40,958 bases of DNA, from assembly GCA_016177155.1 (NCBI GenBank), contig JACOVU010000030.1:1-40958 (forward strand), read 5' to 3'. The notes under the pieces are model-generated. The model was not told where the DNA came from. It ran no database searches and saw nothing but the letters and a program-made list of their open reading frames with translations. The stretch comes from Candidatus Omnitrophota bacterium (GTDB taxonomy: Bacteria; Omnitrophota; Omnitrophia; Omnitrophales; Danuiimicrobiaceae). Of the stretch, positions 17,762 through 24,763 are shown piece after piece (within the stretch, counting starts at the first letter, position 1; each line of letters starts with the position of its first letter). The position numbers were made by a program, and so were the translations under genes.

Positions 17762-17871
17762 CCCCCACCACTTTCGATATCACCCGTTGAGTTATAAATA
17801 TAACGTTTGTTTTCAATCAACCGTACGAACATTAGCATCAACCTTATTTTTAGAAAGTGGTGGGGGATCAT
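17758..17871. repeat. Stop-to-start inverted-repeat intergenic element, copy B (subfamily CCACTTTC)
   Basis: ATCCCCCACCACTTTC (17760-17775) has a perfect 16-nt complement, GAAAGTGGTGGGGGAT (17854-17869). On the gene strand it runs from the ATGA holding the arsC-like TGA stop to the ATGA holding the dgkA ATG. Confidence 0.9.
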
Positions 17872-18233
17872 AAGATTTCTTTAAGCCGCTCGGCGGGACG
17901 GGCGAGGATTGCTTTCGTGCCCTTTTCGACAATCGGACGTTGAATTAAATCAGGATGCTTGACCATCAAATCAACGAGCTCATCTTCGGTTAACTTTTTT
18001 TCCGAAAGTTTGAGCTCGGCATAAATCGGCTCTTTCTTGCGTAGAAGCTCATCCGCTCGAATTCCTATTTTTTTAAGCAGCTCTTTCAATTTAGCTTTCG
18101 GAATCGCGTCGATATAATAATTGACGGCTTCAAAATCCACACCGCTTTCCTTGAGTGCCGCATAAACTTCACGGCAGGTCGTACACGTCGGTTTCTGATA
18201 AACAGTAATTTTAGACATGATTATTCCCTCCAC
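17868..18233 (-). CDS. ArsC/Spx-family protein (thioredoxin-fold, single CxxC-like N-terminal Cys region)
   Basis: ITVYQKPTCTTCREV N-terminus and a length of 121 aa are typical of the ArsC/YffB/Spx family. Confidence 0.75.
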   Translation of the reverse strand: MEGIIMSKITVYQKPTCTTCREVYAALKESGVDFEAVNYYIDAIPKAKLKELLKKIGIRADELLRKKEPIYAELKLSEKKLTEDELVDLMVKHPDLIQRPIVEKGTKAILARPAERLKEIL

Positions 18234-18772
18234 TTAATGGAACAACCCAAGGAAGGGTGTTGTTTCCCCGAAATAGGTTTCCCCGCAACTAAATTTTGAA
18301 TCGCCTCCCAAAGCTCTCTACGCTTCACCTTCCCAGGTTCTTTCCAATTGTCATCAAGCCTTCCGTGATAAACCAGCTCATGTTTTGAATTGAACAAATA
18401 AAGATCGGGTGTGCATTGAGCTCGAAACTCGCGCGCCACTTCTTGAGTTTCATCCACGAGATATGGGAAAGAGATTCCCCATTCCTTGATTTTTTCTCTC
18501 ATGCGCTCAGGCTGGTCTTCGGGGTAACCAGGATGAATGTTGGGATTGATTCCCACCGTACTAACGCCGAGTTTCCCAGCTTCTTTGGCAAGCTCAATCA
18601 GTCTTGGCCAAACGGCTTGCGCGTAAGGACAATGATTACACGTAAAGGCGACTAAAAGTCCTTTCGGTCCAAAGGCTTGATCGCTTTGATAGGTTTTGCC
18701 GTTCGAGTCTTTCAGTTCAAAACTAGGCATTTTTGTGCCGAGCGCAACCGTAATTGATTCAACTAAGGCCAT
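18221..18772 (-). CDS. Thioredoxin-fold thiol-disulfide oxidoreductase (AhpC/TSA-like)
   Basis: FTCNHCPY CxxC motif in a roughly 180-aa thioredoxin-like layout. Confidence 0.8.
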   Translation of the reverse strand: MALVESITVALGTKMPSFELKDSNGKTYQSDQAFGPKGLLVAFTCNHCPYAQAVWPRLIELAKEAGKLGVSTVGINPNIHPGYPEDQPERMREKIKEWGISFPYLVDETQEVAREFRAQCTPDLYLFNSKHELVYHGRLDDNWKEPGKVKRRELWEAIQNLVAGKPISGKQHPSLGCSIKWRE

Positions 18773-19118
18773 GTGATTCGTCTCCCGTTTTTCTGAATTC
18801 CAGCTTTGGAATAAACTTGTAATTCTCTTCGAAACAAGATTTCAGGTCCAAAATTAACTTCGCTACGTTCAGACCCAACGCATGCGGTAAATACTGACTC
18901 AAATAGCACGATGATGTTTGGTAAAGCTTTCGAGCACCACTCAAATTTTTTCTTTTCAAATGATGCAAAGCAACAGCTGCTTGGATCAAACCTTTGTACA
19001 AATTCTTATACTCGTCTTGCGTCTTGAGCCACAAATCTTCTAACACTTCATGGCATTCATAAAACGCTTCTTCATTAAAGAGTCCGATTCCTCTTTCGAA
19101 TCTCTCATCGACAGGCAT
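18759..19118 (-). CDS. DUF309-family protein
   Basis: FNEEAFYECHEVLEDLW matches the H-E-x-x-E-x-x-W signature I associate with DUF309. Confidence 0.65.
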   Translation of the reverse strand: MPVDERFERGIGLFNEEAFYECHEVLEDLWLKTQDEYKNLYKGLIQAAVALHHLKRKNLSGARKLYQTSSCYLSQYLPHALGLNVAKLILDLKSCFEENYKFIPKLEFRKTGDESHGLS

Positions 19119-19608
19119 TGGTCACAGGTTGACTGTGGAATACAACATCATAGTTGATCAATTTCCCATCCTGATAAACAAATTTCCCAGAAAAAAACCG
19201 TCCTTCATCCAACCACTTGAGAAAAATGGGGTCTCCTTCCCAAAGTGGAAGTTTTGAAACTTGGTCGTCTTCAATCCACTCAAGCTTTCCCTCGGGCGAA
19301 TCTGTTTGTAGGGGCAATTCATGAATTGCCCCTACAAATTCCGTGGCTACATAGACATAAACATACCAATCCTCTTCATCTTTAAACGCAGGAAAAGCCA
19401 AAATTCCCCGAAGCGATGGATTCTGAATCGTAAGTCCAGATTCTTCCTTCACTTCCCGAATCACGCACTCCTCTGGCGTCTCGCCTAAACGGATTTTACC
19501 GCCGAGGCCGTTCCATTTTCCCCCATGAATATCGCCTGCTCTTTTATTTCGATTCATCATCAGAGTTTTATTGTCTTTCTTGATATAACAGAGGGTGGCA
19601 AGTTTCAT
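19105..19608 (-). CDS. Nudix hydrolase (MutT-like)
   Basis: Nudix box GGKIRLGETPEECVIREVKEESGL. The track ORF extends to 19770, but that extension reads through repeat DNA. The real start, MKLATLCYI, is the ATG at 19608. Confidence 0.85.
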   Translation of the reverse strand: MKLATLCYIKKDNKTLMMNRNKRAGDIHGGKWNGLGGKIRLGETPEECVIREVKEESGLTIQNPSLRGILAFPAFKDEEDWYVYVYVATEFVGAIHELPLQTDSPEGKLEWIEDDQVSKLPLWEGDPIFLKWLDEGRFFSGKFVYQDGKLINYDVVFHSQPVTNACR

Positions 19609-19798
19609 CCCCCACCACTTTCGTTGGAAGAACTTGAATCTGTCATTGTCCGCCAAAAATCGGACGGATCCGTCCTCTGGCGGACGAGGAGGCCGTCGGC
19701 CGACGAAGCAATCCCAAAGATTGCTTCCCGCCGAAGGCGAGGCTCGCCAAAGGCGGCGCTTCGCTCGCAATGACGTGCAGGAAAGTGGTGGGGGATCA
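19605..19798. repeat. Stop-to-start inverted-repeat intergenic element, copy C, carrying a nested second repeat
   Basis: Same 16-nt arms as copy B (19607-19622 and 19781-19796). The interior contains cgtcattgcgagcgaagcg... and gattgcttcgtcggccgacggcctcctcg units related to the repeat at 39722-39823. Confidence 0.9.
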
Positions 19799-20629
19799 AC
19801 TTTTTACCGCCTTTTTCTCGCGATCCGTGATTAAGAAATTTAAGATCAAAATTCCAGAAAAAAACAAAACCCAAGCGAGAAACCCGCGCCGCGCATCCGC
19901 TTCGAGACCAAAAAGGTAAGCATTGGAAGAGTCTAACGCATACATCATCTTCATCTTTCGGAAGAATACCTTTGCGAAAACAAGTCCGGAATGAATCCCA
20001 ATGGGAAGAAAAAGAGTTCCAGACTTGAGATACGCCATGCATAAAAGAACATTCAAGCTAAAAAGGCCTCCGGCAAGCATCATTTGGCGGGGTTCGGTCA
20101 AAAAACTTAACGGATGCGCCAAATCATGAAAGACGACAAAAATGAGTCCCGTAGCCGTAACAGCAATCCATTTGGGAAGGTCTTTCAGCATCGTTTGAAG
20201 AAAAAACCCGCGGAATAGAATTTCTTCCGTGAGCGCGATCGCAAAAGCACTGAAAGCAACCAAAAACGCGGTCACGATCCTCTCAAGCCCGGGTCGATAC
20301 TTAAATTCCACAACACCAAACACACCCATCAAAACCGAATATCCGACGAAGGCAATGACGCCTGCCGTCCAACCTTTTAAAACGGTGACGTACCAACCCG
20401 AATAAGGCTTCAAACCAAGCGAGAGAAAACTCTCCCGATTCACATATTTTTGGAACATGAATACGTTGAACACAAAAAGGAGGTAAAAAGTCGCCTGCCC
20501 GATTCCATGATGCAAAAGTAGGCCGGGATCTTTTTGGAAAACAAACTGGATGATGAAATGAAGAAGGGTTAAAACGCTAGCAAAGACAAGAATAAACGCC
20601 GTGATCTTAAAGAAAGCCTTCATAAGCAC
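19796..20629 (-). CDS. CPBP-family intramembrane glutamic endopeptidase (CAAX protease-like)
   Basis: Polytopic protein with EEILFRG and FHDLAH motifs. Confidence 0.8.
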   Translation of the reverse strand: MLMKAFFKITAFILVFASVLTLLHFIIQFVFQKDPGLLLHHGIGQATFYLLFVFNVFMFQKYVNRESFLSLGLKPYSGWYVTVLKGWTAGVIAFVGYSVLMGVFGVVEFKYRPGLERIVTAFLVAFSAFAIALTEEILFRGFFLQTMLKDLPKWIAVTATGLIFVVFHDLAHPLSFLTEPRQMMLAGGLFSLNVLLCMAYLKSGTLFLPIGIHSGLVFAKVFFRKMKMMYALDSSNAYLFGLEADARRGFLAWVLFFSGILILNFLITDREKKAVKS

Positions 20630-20694
20630 GCAATTATATACTTAAAACCTTCTCTGAGGAACAAAAATGGAAGGCTCAATCAGGTGCTTTGATC

Positions 20695-21114
20695 TTACTT
20701 TTCCAGGTATTTTTTAAATTCCTCGATGTGAGTTTGTTCTTCAAAAATGATTTGCTCAAGGAGGACGCGGAGAGCTATGTCTTGAGCCGTCTCTTTATGA
20801 TGTTTTTTGTATTCTCGGAGGGCTTCTTCCTCTGACTCAAGATCTTCTTTGAGCATTTCCTCAAGCGTTTGTTCTCCGGGCTCGAAAATCTGCGAAACAC
20901 TGACTGTGGGGTGACCGCCTAAAGCAGTGACTTTTTCTCCCAACCTGATCGCATGATCCATCGACTCTTGAACCTGTTTGCGAAAGAAACCGACCAAATG
21001 GCCTCGGCTGGGCCCCATTACAATAAAAGAGTGATGGAGGTAACGAACAATTTGGGTAAGTTCTCGTTCTAAATCTTTATTGAGGTGCTGAATCAAAGTT
21101 TTAAGGTTAGCCAT
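20695..21114 (-). CDS. Bacterioferritin-like / ferritin-like four-helix-bundle protein
   Basis: LNKDLERELTQIVRYLHH ... ESMDHAIRL ... LESEEEAL ... EEQTHIEE gives the spacing of di-iron ligands seen in Bfr-type proteins. Confidence 0.7.
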   Translation of the reverse strand: MANLKTLIQHLNKDLERELTQIVRYLHHSFIVMGPSRGHLVGFFRKQVQESMDHAIRLGEKVTALGGHPTVSVSQIFEPGEQTLEEMLKEDLESEEEALREYKKHHKETAQDIALRVLLEQIIFEEQTHIEEFKKYLEK

Positions 21115-21179
21115 TTTTTTCCTCCAAATTCGTTGTATCCCAAGCTGAATCTAGGTTTGTTAAGCTCTTCTCCTACCTA

Positions 21180-22115
21180 TTAAAACTCAATCCCGACGTT
21201 AAATCGAGCTAAATTATCACTCGAACGAGTAAGTCCAATTCCAAATCCAAGGTTGAACATAACGTGTTCTCTCATGTGAATCATGACACTTGGTTGAACA
21301 TAATGTTCCTGCCGCGAAGGCTCTAAACCAAAATCTTTCGTATCTCCAAAAGCGCCGGTCAATTCAAGAGCAACACTTGCCAGTGAAAAGAACGGACGAT
21401 GATGAGATGAAAGATGAGAATGTTCTCCATGTTCTTCGTGATGAGTATGGAATTGATAGGAGACTCCCGTGGTATAGCCAAAGGCGGTCACTCCGTCACT
21501 GGTATCTGTTTCGTTGATCCAGTTAAAGGCAACATTCCAATGCTTGAGAAAATCTTGAGATAAGATCACCCGAGTTTCGATAATTCGTTCTCGATTGACT
21601 TCTGAGCTTTCAGGATGAGTCGTCTCTGCTGAATCCTCATACGGCGGCCTCACCCAGCCGCTCACTTCCATCTTATAGCGAGTCTCAGGGTCCAGGTCTT
21701 CATATTCGACATAAACCATAGGATTCAGGGGGACTTCTTGTTTGAAGAGGCGGTATCTTGCCTCATAACGGAATCCCGTAAATTTGGTGTCCTTTTTTCC
21801 GACATCCTCAAACCATTCCGTCATAAATTCCAAAGCCAGTTGGCTAAAAGGAGCATATTCCACCTCCACCATATGAGAAAAATAATTGCGTTCACCTTCT
21901 TCATGATGGGGTTTTGATGGAAAGGTGAAATCATTCATGACCATCACTTCCAATTCTCTTCTTTTGATGTGATGCGAATAGGTTGTAAGATACCCACCAT
22001 CTGCAAAACAGATGGAAGTGAGAAATACAAGACCCATGAAGCTTGCAACGAGGGTCTTTAATCGCAACCAAAACGTTTGCTTAATCGTTTTCCTTTTCCC
22101 CAACCAAATACTCAT
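21180..22115 (-). CDS. Putative outer-membrane beta-barrel protein with His-rich loop
   Basis: Signal peptide ending SICFA. Alternating beta-strand pattern. C-terminal ...NVGIEF (terminal Phe). His-rich stretch HTHHEEHGEHSHLSSHHR. The ATG at 22115 has AAGGAG 8 nt upstream. Confidence 0.55.
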   Translation of the reverse strand: MSIWLGKRKTIKQTFWLRLKTLVASFMGLVFLTSICFADGGYLTTYSHHIKRRELEVMVMNDFTFPSKPHHEEGERNYFSHMVEVEYAPFSQLALEFMTEWFEDVGKKDTKFTGFRYEARYRLFKQEVPLNPMVYVEYEDLDPETRYKMEVSGWVRPPYEDSAETTHPESSEVNRERIIETRVILSQDFLKHWNVAFNWINETDTSDGVTAFGYTTGVSYQFHTHHEEHGEHSHLSSHHRPFFSLASVALELTGAFGDTKDFGLEPSRQEHYVQPSVMIHMREHVMFNLGFGIGLTRSSDNLARFNVGIEF

Positions 22116-22240
22116 GATAAACTCTCCTTTCAGCCAAAGACCTTGCAAAACAAGATCATCAGGTTGTTGTCTCTGGCTGGGTGAATGTGCTGCCTGGCTG
22201 GAAATTTGTGTTGAGATCCCTTGGGATCTTTAAATATTTC

Positions 22241-23071
22241 TCACGCCGTTTTTACCGGCACTGCCTGTTTCTGCTTTAAGAACAAAGGAATGGCAATTAA
22301 ATAAGCCCCGTAAGCTACCACTTCAAGAAGGGATGGGTTTCCATTGTAACCAAATAAAGCTTTCGCAAACGCACCAAGGCCTACTTTTTCATTAAAGATA
22401 TGGTTGATATCCCAAACGTGTTCAATCATTGCGGGAACCCAACCGATCTCTTGGAGCTCATGAATCCCATAAGCCAGAAGTCCTGCTGCAATCAATAAGA
22501 GCAAGAAGCCCGTGGCGCGGAAAAAAGGCCGAAGAGGAACCCGTTTTCCTAAAATAAAAATCCCTATCGCAATCAACGCGGCAAGTAAAAACCCTGAGGA
22601 ACCGCCTAAAAGGGATACCGCTCCAGAATTTTGTGAAGCGACCGCAAGCAAAAACAAAACCGTTTCTGCACCTTCCCGAAATACAGAAAGAAACGGAAGG
22701 GACACAATGGCAATAAACTCCCCTCGAGTCACCGCTTCTTCCACTTGGGTTTCCAGTTCCGATTTGATGTACCTTCCTTGCCGATCCATCCAAAAAATCA
22801 TATAGGTGAGAATGACGCACGCAGCAATGGAAATTGTTCCTTCAATAATCGTTTGGAATTTGCCTTGCAATTTATCCGTCGCCCCTAATAAAACAGTCCC
22901 AACAAGAATACTTACAACGACAGCTGAAATACTACTCCACATGACATGAGAAAAATAACGTTTCTGATTTAGACGGACGAGCGCAGTCAAAATAATGGCA
23001 ACGATCAGACTCGCTTCCAGAGTTTCACGGAACACAATTAAAAAAGTGGCCGCTATCGTCCCCTCACTCAT
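22241..23071 (-). CDS. FTR1/EfeU-family high-affinity iron permease
   Basis: Seven TM segments with two R-E-x-x-E motifs (FRETLEA and FREGAET). Confidence 0.85.
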   Translation of the reverse strand: MSEGTIAATFLIVFRETLEASLIVAIILTALVRLNQKRYFSHVMWSSISAVVVSILVGTVLLGATDKLQGKFQTIIEGTISIAACVILTYMIFWMDRQGRYIKSELETQVEEAVTRGEFIAIVSLPFLSVFREGAETVLFLLAVASQNSGAVSLLGGSSGFLLAALIAIGIFILGKRVPLRPFFRATGFLLLLIAAGLLAYGIHELQEIGWVPAMIEHVWDINHIFNEKVGLGAFAKALFGYNGNPSLLEVVAYGAYLIAIPLFLKQKQAVPVKTA

Positions 23072-23680
23072 CTATTGATTCTCCTCTACCAATAGAAACC
23101 TGACTGGAATTTTAATCCAAGATGAAAACGACATCGCTCCTACTCGTGCGGGAAGGAATTGCCATGTTTTAATCGTCTTAAACGCAGACTCATCTAAAAT
23201 TTTATAACCTGAGCTTTTTTCGATTCCGATCTCGCCAACCGTCCCGTCAGAATTCACAAGCACTTTAAGAAATACAATTCCCTCCCAACCCTGCTCACGT
23301 GCATAATTGGGATAGAGAGGCGCGGGATTCTTAAAATAAGCGGGCTTCGCTTCGGTAAGAGCACCCTTCACGGGAGGAACATAAATTGGCTTCCTCAATT
23401 TTTTCTCTTCAAGCTCCTCTTTTTTTTCTTTCACAACCTCGGGAGCTTGAACGGCAGGCTCTTTAACCGAAATAATTTCTTCCGGGATCTGCTCTTTTTC
23501 TTCCTTGACCTCACGTTCGTTCACAATCACCACTTCCATACTGCTTGGAGCTTGCTCTACTGCATATTGAGGCGAAGGTGAAAAAAAACTTCCTGCTCCG
23601 ATCAAAGCCATGTGCCCTAAAAAAGAACCCGCTAAAATAGAACCAAAGACATGTTGTTTGTAAGAAAATGGGAGTTTCAC
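23072..23680 (-). CDS. tonB: TonB energy transducer
   Basis: N-terminal anchor, Glu/Lys/Pro-rich spacer, and C-terminal YPNYAREQGWEGIVFLKVLVNSDGTV TonB-C domain. GTG start overlaps the exbD stop (GTGA). Confidence 0.8.
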   Translation of the reverse strand: MKLPFSYKQHVFGSILAGSFLGHMALIGAGSFFSPSPQYAVEQAPSSMEVVIVNEREVKEEKEQIPEEIISVKEPAVQAPEVVKEKKEELEEKKLRKPIYVPPVKGALTEAKPAYFKNPAPLYPNYAREQGWEGIVFLKVLVNSDGTVGEIGIEKSSGYKILDESAFKTIKTWQFLPARVGAMSFSSWIKIPVRFLLVEENQ

Positions 23681-24075
23681 CTTGTTTCCTCGTGAACAAT
23701 ATTGACTTGCTTCGCGCCTGCTTGGCGGGCAAAATCCATTACCTGAACAAAATACTTATAGGGCATTTCTTTATCGCCCCGAATGTGAACGGATTTCTTG
23801 GAATCCTGGGAAATCCTTCGTTCCAATTGTGTTTTGAGATCGGCCATCTGAACTTGAACTCGATTCACAAACACGTTCCCCGCTTGATCAATACTGACCA
23901 CAATGTGCTGAGGAACTTTAGAATCGTGAATGGTCGCCCTGGGAAGGCTGAGTTTCAAAGCGGGATTTAGGAAAGAAGAACTCAACATGAAAAAAATGAG
24001 GAGCTGAAACACAACGTCAATCAACGGAGCGAGATCAAGGCTCAAACTTGGACGTTTCGGACGCAAAAATTCCAT
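23677..24075 (-). CDS. exbD: ExbD/TolR biopolymer transport protein
   Basis: LAPLIDVVFQLLIFFM N-terminal helix and a periplasmic domain. Length 132 aa. Confidence 0.9.
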   Translation of the reverse strand: MEFLRPKRPSLSLDLAPLIDVVFQLLIFFMLSSSFLNPALKLSLPRATIHDSKVPQHIVVSIDQAGNVFVNRVQVQMADLKTQLERRISQDSKKSVHIRGDKEMPYKYFVQVMDFARQAGAKQVNIVHEETR

Positions 24076-24758
24076 TAGGATATCACCTTCATCGCTTCTT
24101 GGGTCGCTTCCGCATCAGAAGATTTGAAATCTTTAGAGGACTCTTTCCCAAAAAATTCGTCCAGCTCTGAAATGATAAATTGCATCCTCCGCGCAATTCG
24201 ATCCGCTTCACTTTCAAACGCATGAAAAGCTGCCATACAAGGAATCGCGATGAAAAGTCCAAAAACGGTGGTAATCAAAGCTTCCCAAATTCCTGCCGCC
24301 AAATCGCTCGGTTGGACCTGTCCCCCCAAAAGTTCGATTTGATGGAAGGCGGTCACCAAACCGGTCACCGTTCCAAAAAGTCCAAGAAGCGGGGCAATAT
24401 GAGTGACTGCAGCAAGAGCGCGAAGACGCGTTTCAACTTTCTCAAGTGCCAGAGAGCCTTCGCGCTTCAAAATCTCGTTTCGAAGGGAATCATTACGAAG
24501 ATTCTTTAAGTAATGCTCCGCAATTCTTGGAACAGGGTTGGGATGTTTGCGGCACAAAGCAGAAGCTTCTTTAATTTTTCTTTTCGAAATCAACTGTTTC
24601 AAATGTTCGGAGAACGTTTCATAGCTGAAACGTAAGCGCCAGAAATAATAAGACCGCTCTACGATAATCGCTATGCCAATGACGGAACAGACCAAAAGCG
24701 GCCACATGGCGAAGCCACCTTTGAGAAACAGTTGAATTAAACTTTGATCCCAAAACAT
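24075..24758 (-). CDS. exbB: ExbB/TolQ/MotA proton-channel protein
   Basis: Three TM helices with the conserved APLLGLFGTVTGL ... TTVFGL pattern. Confidence 0.9.
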   Translation of the reverse strand: MFWDQSLIQLFLKGGFAMWPLLVCSVIGIAIIVERSYYFWRLRFSYETFSEHLKQLISKRKIKEASALCRKHPNPVPRIAEHYLKNLRNDSLRNEILKREGSLALEKVETRLRALAAVTHIAPLLGLFGTVTGLVTAFHQIELLGGQVQPSDLAAGIWEALITTVFGLFIAIPCMAAFHAFESEADRIARRMQFIISELDEFFGKESSKDFKSSDAEATQEAMKVIS

Positions 24759-24763
24759 ATTAT

